From Methanobacterium sp. (GTDB lineage Archaea > Methanobacteriota > Methanobacteria > Methanobacteriales > Methanobacteriaceae), in assembly GCA_019084405.1 (NCBI GenBank), contig JAHRFX010000006.1:19213-51212 (forward strand): DNA of 32,000 bases, written 5' to 3'. Below the pieces are notes generated by a model. It ran no database searches. It was not told the DNA's origin and saw only the letters and a list, made by a program, of their open reading frames with translations. Below, piece after piece: positions 8,601 through 15,866 of the stretch (the first letter of the stretch is position 1; each line of letters begins with the position of its first letter). The translations under genes were made by a program, and so were the position numbers.

Positions 8601-10141
8601 ACATCTAAATGTCCTGCACCTGCTCCTTCAGCCTTACCCGGACCATGCCAATATATTATGGCAGCTTTTTTTTCCGAATTAGGAGTATATCTCAGATTTA
8701 TCCAGGAAATACTGAGATCCACCAGCCAATTTATCTGTCTTTCAATTGGCTTGTAAAACGTTACTTCAAATGGAAGATGAGAATATCTTGAATCTTCCTC
8801 CCTTGTGGATATCACAATGGAACCAAACATTCCATCCTGTTCTGATGGCACAATAGTGCCCCCAATGGCAGGGGGTTGAAGTCCCAGTTTTCCATTAAAC
8901 CATTCATCATAAGTTCCAGAAAATTTCTGGGCTTTTATGATAGGAACATTTAGTTTCTCAAGTACGTCAATAACATCCTCTGTTGAGGAATCTACAGACC
9001 ATCCAAACATTTTATAATGGACAATTGCATCTACAGCATTTTTACCGTTTATCATAAGAAATTTATCGATATTGGGGTTACCATGATGTTCATAGAAATA
9101 GGGAATCACACTTATACCTTTATTTTCAAAGGCTTTAATTAACGCATCTACTGATTCTAAGTCATTCTTTAGATAGTCAGTCTCGTGGAATAAGATTCCG
9201 ACCGTTTTTTGACCTTCTATTGAGCCATACCAGCTAAGATAATCCTTCAAGTTGTGAAACAGCTCCATTGTATCCGGATGATGAATTCCTGTTTTTATAA
9301 CAGGAACGGGAGGATTTAGTTCTCCTAGGTCTAATCCAAGAAATTTAACTCCAAGATACTTTAGAAGCTCCCTTGAATTTATTGAACTGGCCCTGTTTTG
9401 CCAGTAAGTTCTGATCCATTGATGTTTTGGGTGTCCATTGGCCACTATGACTCCCTCTGGAAGATCTATCCAGGATACAGTTAAAATGACAGGTATACCC
9501 TTTCCTATTGCTTCTGTCATTAATATGCGTATTTGGTCTAGATTTGGTGTATCTCTCCACATCCAGTCTACAAATACAAGATCGTAATCCGTGAATGTGT
9601 CGGGAAGGTTTGTTGTAGTGCGAATGTCACTTTCTAAGAAGTCAGAGTCAACTACAGCGGTCGAAAATATTGGGTCTATGGTGCCTTGAAATAGGATTAA
9701 TACCGTCGGTTTACCAAGTTCAAAATCTGCAGTTCCATAAATATCTGAATCGCCAGATTCACTGGAAGTAGGGCTTACTATAGTAGATGAAGGTTTATGT
9801 CCTTGATAGCTGGCTGTGACTGTAAATTCAGTTAAAAGGCTCTGGAAGATCAATTCATATTTTCCATCAGCAGCCGTGGTAGTGGTGGCTAAAACTTCAC
9901 CATTTCCCTCTGCTTTTATAGTAACATTGGAAAATGGTTCACCAGTTTCACAATCCAGAACCATACCTGAGATCTTTATTTCAGGTAAAACATCATCACT
10001 TTCGGGTAAATCCTCTAATGGAGTATCAGATTGCATCACCTCAGGTGTTATATTTTCTTCTGCGAATGCTGATCCACAGAGAGTAAGTATGAAAACAAAT
10101 GTTATTACTAGTAAAATCACTTGTTTTTTAATACTTTTCAC
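5645..10141 (-). CDS. Exported, C-terminally membrane-anchored CobN/Mg-chelatase-H-like protein (1498 aa)
   Basis: Domain order as read from the protein: a signal peptide (KKQVILLVITFVFILTLCGSAFA|EE); a carboxypeptidase-regulatory-like beta domain (ISGMVLDCETGEPFSNVTIKAEG..DGKYEL); a ~1200-aa CobN-family body (HFGRHGTVAWLPGK, TGKNIYSFDPRIMPT and similar); a P/G/T linker; an acidic S/E/A stretch; and one TM helix (MIYTIIGIVSVLALVGAGFYF) followed by GPGRKS. The GTG called at 10141 lies inside the SD AAGGAGGTGA, so ATT at 10132 is the better-spaced start. Confidence 0.8.
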   Translation of the reverse strand: MKSIKKQVILLVITFVFILTLCGSAFAEENITPEVMQSDTPLEDLPESDDVLPEIKISGMVLDCETGEPFSNVTIKAEGNGEVLATTTTAADGKYELIFQSLLTEFTVTASYQGHKPSSTIVSPTSSESGDSDIYGTADFELGKPTVLILFQGTIDPIFSTAVVDSDFLESDIRTTTNLPDTFTDYDLVFVDWMWRDTPNLDQIRILMTEAIGKGIPVILTVSWIDLPEGVIVANGHPKHQWIRTYWQNRASSINSRELLKYLGVKFLGLDLGELNPPVPVIKTGIHHPDTMELFHNLKDYLSWYGSIEGQKTVGILFHETDYLKNDLESVDALIKAFENKGISVIPYFYEHHGNPNIDKFLMINGKNAVDAIVHYKMFGWSVDSSTEDVIDVLEKLNVPIIKAQKFSGTYDEWFNGKLGLQPPAIGGTIVPSEQDGMFGSIVISTREEDSRYSHLPFEVTFYKPIERQINWLVDLSISWINLRYTPNSEKKAAIIYWHGPGKAEGAGAGHLDVYASLANILEALKNEGYYLGDNPLPNETELTNLIRNQGLNIGLWAPGELENLIENYPVIKVPLDDYMNWFNELNEAKKNEVIEMWGDAPGNIMVYENMIILPVIQFGNIILAPEPSRGYTQDHGAMYHSGYIPPTHQYLAFYFWLKQGFDADAAIHFGRHGTVAWLPGKTGPGLDRDNCWPAIVSQDIPVIYPFTVEGGESLLPIRRQTPVMISHLIPPVTIAGLYGDLALLHMKMHEYDSTFDESVKEEYRKTLIDMVRELRLHEDLNINLDSIDDFEAFMDDIHEYLHELENAFINNGFHVFGIAPEGDRLLYLVQTLLGHDFQEYLDKEFIGDYHLVDDHELIQEQVKQLLQMVIFENKTPEEAQLAVLGSSTSKLNEYLTLAIKYSEYIKQSNQEITSLLRALSGQYITPGNIGDPILNPEVLPTGKNIYSFDPRIMPTQEAWNVAVKLVDDLINRYLEETGEYPHKIAFMLWATHTQQDRGVMEAAILYLLGVEPVPDPGFKFHYTDVKLIEDLERPRIDVVITTTSLYLNMFRCRLDLLDKAIRLASGATDDTQPNYVRENSEAMYQALIDLGFSEEEAKRLSMSRIFSQEPGNHHNAMQHALLMSDTWEDELKLAETYIGTFGHIFQGSEKDPIYLPDLYKLALDGSEIALFRRVSNVNDLISDDDYFGYFGGLGLTIRSIFGNDPKMWLMNVENPSNPRIESLTDSLWRDLRTSYFNPRWIKAMQEHNSAGAREMTHFHKHLFGWTVTSPDSVTNSMWDESYSVYVLDKHNLGLKEWFNQSNPYALESMYAQFMETSRKGYWETDVSTKTHLANEWANSIIQNGVSCSPPTCSNLDMVEWAMQYMDADLASQFKEQMYMATKNAMFAPGGSDPGVTPGIPGTTPGTPGETPAGGSTPGSSPGQSAHSHDVSAEVASESSEAAESAEAGEESSKSYEVSTTESASTSQDNSMIYTIIGIVSVLALVGAGFYFGPGRKS
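5873..5977 (-). repeat. Coding low-complexity repeat (ACCAGG-type units) giving a PG(T/V/I)TPG linker
   Basis: The protein reads PGGSDPGVTPGIPGTTPGTPGETPAGGSTPGSSPG. The DNA shows reiterated ccagg(a/t/c)gt units. Confidence 0.7.
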
Positions 10142-10630
10142 CTCCTTTGTATTTTATAACAAAGTAACGATTGTTCCACTCACTATTTAATACTATTTAT
10201 TACTTTTATATTATTACTTTCTAGGGGAAAATCAAGGAATTATTAATAAATGCCCTTAAAAAGAATACTAATAAGTCAAAAAGCTATAAAAACGTAATAA
10301 TTATCATTTATACTCATCCTGAAAATTCAGTGCCCCCTATAACCTGTTATTACCCTGGAAAACTTATAAAAATAGAGTTATAAATGATTATCAGTTTAAA
10401 GAATCTTTTAAAATAATAACAGCCCTCTAGGTATAATTTATGAAAAAATAAATAATTAATGGTTCCCCATCATTAAAAAAAAAATCGATGGCTGGATTTA
10501 ATCATCAAGTAAAAAGTTTTAAACATCCTGTAAAAATAATACTGGGCCGTATTACTATAAAAAAGCCTGGAAAACTAAATAAGTAATTCTAATTATTCTC
10601 TAAAAAAGATTAAAAAGCCCCTGAGGAGGA

Positions 10631-11143
10631 TTAATCCAGATACCGGGCCACTTCATCCAGCCAGACCAACCATTCCTCATAAGATACATTAGGACAGCTC
10701 ATATCCGCATTAGGGTGCATAAAACGACACAGGGTCAAGGTTTTAATATGGGGAGCAAAGTTCTTCAGGGTGGATAGTCCCTGGGACCCCAGATAATAAG
10801 GAACACCAATAAAACATACCAGATCGTAGTTTCCTTCCCCATCCAGTCCTTTCCAGTGGGGATTTTTCAGGTGGTTTATTATTTCAATTACTCCCATGGT
10901 TTTATCTGGTTTGAACTTTGACCGGTCCATGGCCAGATTTGATCCACCAGTAGCAATAACTGGGATATTCCTTTTTTTAGCTATTTTCAGAGATTTATCA
11001 GTTATATCCCGTGGTATTTCATTTAACAATGACCCCATAATAAATAAGGGTCTTTTGGATTGTTTTAGGGTCAGGGCCGCCATCTTAGAAGGCCAGGCCT
11101 GGGCCTCATTTGCACATGATAGTGCCGGATTCCATGCAGACAT
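10631..11143 (-). CDS. cdhB: CO dehydrogenase/acetyl-CoA decarbonylase-synthase epsilon subunit
   Basis: 170 aa. Motifs SKRPLFIMG, NIPVIATGGS, HWKGLDGEGNYDL and LSTLKNF match CdhB as I recall the Methanosarcina sequence (AKRPLF, IPIAATG, WPGLDGNGNYD, LSGTKNF). Confidence 0.82.
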   Translation of the reverse strand: MSAWNPALSCANEAQAWPSKMAALTLKQSKRPLFIMGSLLNEIPRDITDKSLKIAKKRNIPVIATGGSNLAMDRSKFKPDKTMGVIEIINHLKNPHWKGLDGEGNYDLVCFIGVPYYLGSQGLSTLKNFAPHIKTLTLCRFMHPNADMSCPNVSYEEWLVWLDEVARYLD

Positions 11144-11217
11144 TATATCACCAATACCTTTAAATACGAAGTGTTCTCAGTACTTATTATAATGATTAAT
11201 AATGATAGTATTTAAAG

Positions 11218-13668
11218 GTGATGTTTTTGCCCCCAAGTAACTATAAAGATAGCAGTTCATTTTCAGCTCGAGGGTTGAATGTGGATTTTAATGTGGATTT
11301 TAAGGATATAGACTCTTATATAAAAGAAAAAAAAGAAGTAAGTAAGGAATATGCAAAAAGCATATCCTTAGATTATCCCAAATTACGAGAATGGGATTTT
11401 AAGCTGCTCTCCCATTTTAAGCCGTTTTATGCTCCATTATGTGATATGTGCTGCATGTGTACCTATGGTAAATGCGATTTATCTGAAAATAAAAAAGGAG
11501 CCTGCGGCATAAACCTGGAAAAGCAGCAATCCCGTATAGCACTTCTTACCTCCTGTATAGGTGCCTCCACCCATGCTGCCCATGCCCGGGACCTGGTGGA
11601 TAGATTACTGGAACATAACCCGGAAATGGAATTAAAATACGATAGTTCCATTGATATCACCTCCCCCATCATTACCACCCTCACCGGGATAATACCCCAA
11701 AACGCCGCTGACCTGGAACAGATTATGGGATGTGTGGAAAAGGAATTAACCAATCTCATGGCCTCCACCCATACCGGGCAGGAAGGAAATTACCTGGATT
11801 TTGAATCCAAAGCCCTTCATGCCGGTATGATAGATAACTTGAGCCTGGAGATAGCTGAAATAGCCCAGATTAACCTTTATGATTTGAATAAAGGACAGGA
11901 AGACACTCCCCTTTTAGAAATTGGTATGGGAGTTATTGACCGTGAAAAACCGGTTATACTGGCCATCGGCCATAGTATTGCTCCTGGTACCGAGATAATA
12001 GATTATGCTGAAAAAATGGATCTGGAAGAGGACCTGGAGATATGTGGACTCTGCTGCACTGCCATTGAACTGGGAAGATCATCTGCCCGATCCAAAATAG
12101 TGGGGCCCATATCCCGGCAGCTCATGTTCATCAAATCCGGAGCACCGGATGTGGTGGTCCTGGATGAACAGTGTATCCGGGCAGACATATTTGAATTATG
12201 TGCCGAAAACCATATCCCCATTATTGCCACCAGTGATAAGTGTTCTCTGGGACTTCCTGATAAAACTGGTGAAGCTCCTGCAGTAATTATCAATGAAATA
12301 TTAAAAGGAGAGTTACCGGGAGTGCTGATTAGGGATGTTAAAAAGGTGGGCCAGGTGGCAGTGAAACTCTCCCGCCAGGTTAAAGAGTGCCGGGAAACCG
12401 CCCAGGGAATGAAAACCAATGCTCCAGAGGATGTAAAACTTACCCAGTCCAATGGACGATGTTACATCTGCAGTTCCTGTGGTACGGACTGTGAAGGTGA
12501 AACTCTTTCCCTGACCGACCACTTTGCAGGACAAGAATGTGAGGACCCTCAGGCGCTTATAAAAGAATGTATCGAATGTGGTCAATGTGATCGAGTATGT
12601 CCAGTAATGTTACCCTTAACCCAGGCTTTAAAGGATGCTAAAACAGATGATAAAGAATTAATGGCCAGTTTCTATGGTAAATGTGTGGGCTGTGGTAAAT
12701 GTATGGAAGAGTGCAGCCAGGATATTCCTCTGGTTAATCTGATATGCTGGGCAGCTCAGGATAAAATCGAAGCTGAAAAGTACCTGATAAGATCTGGAAG
12801 AGGCCCTATCCAGGATGTGGAAATACGGCGGGTGGGAGCACCTATTGTCTTCGGGGATATACCGGGGGTGCTGGCATTGGCCGGTTGTTCCAATTATGCT
12901 CAGGGTGAAAAGGAAGTGGCCCTTATTGCCGAAGAGTACTTGAAAAGAGGTTATATTGTGATGGCAGCCGGATGTGCCGCCATGGATATAGCCCTGTATA
13001 AGGACGAAGATGGGGAAACCCTCTATGAGAAGTACAGTGACCGGTTTGATAAAGGCGGTCTTTTGAGTCTGGGGCCTTGTGTGGCCAATGCCCATGCCAT
13101 AGGCAGTGCCATTAAGATTGCCAATATCTTTGCCCGGGTACCCCTGGAGAAGAACTTCGTGGAGATATCTGATTATATCCTCAACCGGATCGGTGTTTGT
13201 GTAATTGCCTGGGGTGCCATGTCTCAGAAGGCCTTTGCCATTGCCACCGGTGCCAACCGATGGGGCATACCCACCATCATCGGTCCCCAGGCCTCCAAGT
13301 ACCGTAGATTGTATCTGGGAAATGAGGAAGAACCCCGAACCATCAAAGATAAAAGGGATGGTAGTACAGTGGTTTCTGAACCAGCCCCGGTGCATCTGGC
13401 CTACTCTGCTGAAAGTATAAACGAATGTATGGCCATGACCGCCAAGATGTGCATTAGGCCCAATGACACACCTAAAGGACGTTTAATAAAGTTAACTAAC
13501 TACGTGGATATCCACCAGAAGTATTATGGAACCCTGCCATCTGATCTGGCCCACTACATCCGGGATGAAAAGGAGATACCCTTTAAAGATAAAGATGAAA
13601 TTTTAAAACAATTAAAAGAAGCAGGTTGGAAGCCCCGGATGGCGGCTCAGGAACCATCCATACTTTAA
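11218..13668 (+). CDS. cdhA: CO dehydrogenase (ACDS complex) alpha subunit
   Basis: Carries the N-terminal Cys cluster PLCDMCCMCTYGKCDLSENKKGACG, an internal 2x[4Fe-4S] ferredoxin insert (CIECGQCDRVCP, CVGCGKCMEECS), and a length typical of CdhA. The called GTG at 11218 lies inside the SD GGTGA (11217-11221). TTG at 11227, at SD-N5 spacing, is the likelier start. Confidence 0.9.
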   Translation: MMFLPPSNYKDSSSFSARGLNVDFNVDFKDIDSYIKEKKEVSKEYAKSISLDYPKLREWDFKLLSHFKPFYAPLCDMCCMCTYGKCDLSENKKGACGINLEKQQSRIALLTSCIGASTHAAHARDLVDRLLEHNPEMELKYDSSIDITSPIITTLTGIIPQNAADLEQIMGCVEKELTNLMASTHTGQEGNYLDFESKALHAGMIDNLSLEIAEIAQINLYDLNKGQEDTPLLEIGMGVIDREKPVILAIGHSIAPGTEIIDYAEKMDLEEDLEICGLCCTAIELGRSSARSKIVGPISRQLMFIKSGAPDVVVLDEQCIRADIFELCAENHIPIIATSDKCSLGLPDKTGEAPAVIINEILKGELPGVLIRDVKKVGQVAVKLSRQVKECRETAQGMKTNAPEDVKLTQSNGRCYICSSCGTDCEGETLSLTDHFAGQECEDPQALIKECIECGQCDRVCPVMLPLTQALKDAKTDDKELMASFYGKCVGCGKCMEECSQDIPLVNLICWAAQDKIEAEKYLIRSGRGPIQDVEIRRVGAPIVFGDIPGVLALAGCSNYAQGEKEVALIAEEYLKRGYIVMAAGCAAMDIALYKDEDGETLYEKYSDRFDKGGLLSLGPCVANAHAIGSAIKIANIFARVPLEKNFVEISDYILNRIGVCVIAWGAMSQKAFAIATGANRWGIPTIIGPQASKYRRLYLGNEEEPRTIKDKRDGSTVVSEPAPVHLAYSAESINECMAMTAKMCIRPNDTPKGRLIKLTNYVDIHQKYYGTLPSDLAHYIRDEKEIPFKDKDEILKQLKEAGWKPRMAAQEPSIL

Positions 13669-13678
13669 AAATTTACCC

Positions 13679-13703
13679 GGGTCGGGTGTGTGCCACCCGG
13701 CCC
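13679..13703 (+). other. GC-rich RNA hairpin between cdhA and the CooF-like gene
   Basis: GGGTCGGGTG (13679-13688) pairs with CACCCGGCCC (13694-13703). That gives 10 bp including one G-U pair, with a 5-nt loop, and no T run follows. It starts 11 nt after the cdhA stop. Confidence 0.6.
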
Positions 13704-13751
13704 ATCACCCCAATTGATATAATCTCCAAAAAAAATAGGAGTTGATAATTT

Positions 13752-14153
13752 ATGAACCCTCATATAGATCTTCTAGATCCCCTTAAATGTTCCAAATGTA
13801 ATATATGTTTTGTTAGGTGTGCTGATACCCATGGCCAGAGCCGTATCAAAAAGGTGGATTCAGTACCCCATATCTGTATCCAGTGTGAGGATGCACCCTG
13901 TGAACAGGCCTGTAATGTGGGCGCCATATACCTCCAGGATGGCATAGCCATCGTTGATCAGGATAAGTGTGTGGGATGTAAAAAGTGTATAGATGCCTGT
14001 CCCCATAAGAGTCTTTATGTTGAAGATTTAATAGCCCGTAAATGTACCCTTTGTCTGGATGCTGATGTTTTAATACCAGCCTGTGTAGAGGCTTGTCCCA
14101 ATAATGCCCTTATCATCAACTGTGATGAAGTAGAAGGAATGGAAAAGGAATGA
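13752..14153 (+). CDS. CooF/HycB-type multi-[4Fe-4S] ferredoxin
   Basis: Four cluster motifs in the CooF/HycB arrangement: CSKCNICFVRC, CIQCEDAPCEQAC, CVGCKKCIDACP, CTLC....CVEACP. It lies directly downstream of cdhA. SD AGGAG lies upstream. Confidence 0.75.
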   Translation: MNPHIDLLDPLKCSKCNICFVRCADTHGQSRIKKVDSVPHICIQCEDAPCEQACNVGAIYLQDGIAIVDQDKCVGCKKCIDACPHKSLYVEDLIARKCTLCLDADVLIPACVEACPNNALIINCDEVEGMEKE

Positions 14154-14156
14154 TAT

Positions 14157-14190
14157 TGTATGCAGGGCTTCCTGCATATATATATTTTTT
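14157..14190 (+). terminator. Hairpin plus T6 terminator after the CooF-like gene
   Basis: TGTATGCAGG (14157-14166) pairs with CCTGCATATA (14171-14180) around loop GCTT, followed by T6 at 14185-14190. Confidence 0.6.
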
Positions 14191-14302
14191 AGTAAATTTA
14201 AAGCCTGTTTTATATTTAAAAGTCCTTAAAATAAGTAAAATCCAATATAAATAGCTATTTTTTAAAACCGATAATAAACCTTGGTATTAATTTTAATAAA
14301 AC

Positions 14303-14330
14303 AAAAAAAGTAAGCAGTCCCTCAAGGGAC
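14303..14330 (-). terminator. Short hairpin plus T7 after mtd (minus strand)
   Basis: On the minus strand, GTCCC-TTGA-GGGAC (14317-14330) is followed by T7 (the A run at 14303-14309 on the plus strand). It starts 16 nt after the mtd stop. The stem is weak, but an oligo-T alone is a plausible archaeal terminator. Confidence 0.45.
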
Positions 14331-14345
14331 CACTTGTTATTTAAT

Positions 14346-15176
14346 TTATTGTGGTTTAGACATTAAGTCTGATTTAGACATGTTCTGTCCTTCTCCACCG
14401 TGTGGGGTTCGAACGACAGTGTCATTAGCTTTTTCGATTTCTCGAGCTTCTTCAGCTAATTTAGCAGCGGTGAAAATCATTTCGTGAGCAGATGCTACAA
14501 TAGGTATGTATTTTTCAGCATCTCGCACCATGAAACAACCTTCTACATCAATATCAGCTACTTTGGTAGCGATTTCGTAGGCAGCCATGGCTTTAGCTTT
14601 AGCATAAGGGCTGGCAAATTGGGCAGCTTCTACAGCTACATCCCGGGAGATTACCACTTTAGGTAATTCGATAGCGTTTCCAGCTTCAACATCTGCTACA
14701 GCAGCGTCAATAGTGTTCTGGACTACCCGGTAGGCGCCAGTTAAAGCTAATACCTTAATTACATCAGCATTGAAGGAAGCCATTTCAGTAGGGTCCAGGA
14801 ATTCTCTTCGGGCACCGATCATAGGGTCGGCTTTAACAATGATGTAACCTAAGCCCTGTTCCTCCATTTCGTCTTTGGATCGTAGTCCAGGAGCATCACC
14901 AATGATGATGGCTGGTACGTCTGCAGCAGATAATAATTCTCTTGCTTTAGCCGGTCCTGGAGCACCAGGGTTTGGGCTTATGAATATGACAAAGTCCCTA
15001 TCCATTTCAAGCATTAATGGTACGGCTTTTTCAATCTCTTCCGGGTTCATCTTGGCCCCGGAGCCTACTACACAAACATCTATATTAGGTCGGTCTGCTC
15101 TCTCATCCAGTAATAAGTCCAGGACAGGAGATGTACCGATATTACCACATTTAATTATACCAATTTTTACAACCAT
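14346..15176 (-). CDS. mtd: F420-dependent methylenetetrahydromethanopterin dehydrogenase
   Basis: The N-terminus MVVKIGIIKCGNIGTSPVLDLLLDERADRPNIDVCVVGSGAKMNP is essentially the Methanothermobacter Mtd sequence as I recall it. 276 aa. SD GGTGA followed by TTTA precedes the ATG. Codon bias is strong and looks like a highly expressed gene. Confidence 0.95.
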   Translation of the reverse strand: MVVKIGIIKCGNIGTSPVLDLLLDERADRPNIDVCVVGSGAKMNPEEIEKAVPLMLEMDRDFVIFISPNPGAPGPAKARELLSAADVPAIIIGDAPGLRSKDEMEEQGLGYIIVKADPMIGARREFLDPTEMASFNADVIKVLALTGAYRVVQNTIDAAVADVEAGNAIELPKVVISRDVAVEAAQFASPYAKAKAMAAYEIATKVADIDVEGCFMVRDAEKYIPIVASAHEMIFTAAKLAEEAREIEKANDTVVRTPHGGEGQNMSKSDLMSKPQ

Positions 15177-15339
15177 TAAATCACCAAAAAATGTTAATAC
15201 TCATATAAGTAAGTACTTTTTGATTTAATTATTTTAATTAAGTTTTTATATGATGACCATTCCGGGATAGGCCTTATATATTTTATCATAAAAACACGGT
15301 TTTTAGGTGAATATTCTCAAACCTTAAATGGTGTATGGA

Positions 15340-15753
15340 CTACTTAACCACCAAAGCATTGCCACTATACATCCGGATAAATGTATCTTTATTGATTTCA
15401 ATTTCACCCAGGGAAGGGTCGGCTAAGAACACTTTATTCCGACTTATTTTTCTTATCACGCTATAATGGGCGGAGCCATTTATTTTAATAAAAACTATGT
15501 TATGTGGCTGGAGATTATCCAGTCCCAGACGCATTCCAACCGCCTCCATGCCTTTTTTTCGGGCTGCCTGAATCAATCCATACATGCTGGTTCCACTTTC
15601 ATCAGTACCAGCCATCTTTGCAATTTCCATTTCAGTACAAGGTACACCCTGGGCCTTAATCACCGTGGCCAGTGCAGCCGGGCCGCAGTTGTAGGTGGTG
15701 CTTTGTTTTACAATATTTTGTTTAAGGAGTTCCTCTAATTTAATACTAATCAC
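15340..15753 (-). CDS. Stand-alone peptidase C39-like (papain-fold) cysteine peptidase domain protein
   Basis: Shows a Q...C...H...D catalytic pattern in C39 order: VKQSTTYNCGPAALA (Gln then Cys), SAHYSVI (His), FLADPSLG (Asp). There is no signal peptide, TM segment or ABC domain. The called GTG at 15753 lies inside the SD GAGGTGA. ATT at 15744, at SD-N5 spacing, is the likelier start. Confidence 0.7.
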   Translation of the reverse strand: MISIKLEELLKQNIVKQSTTYNCGPAALATVIKAQGVPCTEMEIAKMAGTDESGTSMYGLIQAARKKGMEAVGMRLGLDNLQPHNIVFIKINGSAHYSVIRKISRNKVFLADPSLGEIEINKDTFIRMYSGNALVVK

Positions 15754-15866
15754 CTCAAATAGTAATAATAGAAAATAGAGTAAACTACTATTTAATATTA
15801 ATTATTCTAAAATTATTACAAAAATTTAAAGGTAAAAAAAGTCCTGGTAATTAAAAAACATTATTT

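Noticed and set aside
10142-10630. Small ORFs, ncRNA or a riboswitch in the 489-nt AT-rich spacer upstream of the CobN-like gene.
   Set aside because: It contains only very short ORFs of fewer than 20 codons with no SD. I could find no convincing conserved-looking stem structure, only loose direct repeats such as TTATTACTTT x2 (about 10198-10220). I treat it as promoter/spacer DNA.
10896-11192. A 98-aa plus-strand ORF overlapping the cdhB 5' end and the divergent promoter.
   Set aside because: It is antisense to a well-supported cdhB frame and runs through the promoter spacer. It resembles no family.
12658-13395. A 245-aa ORF on the minus strand inside cdhA, together with 11463..11768, 12003..12452, 12313..12585 and 13205..13420.
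   Set aside because: These are antisense or alternative-frame shadows of a gene with unmistakable CdhA motifs on the plus strand. The products are low-complexity, Gly/Pro/Thr- or Ser-rich, and resemble no family.
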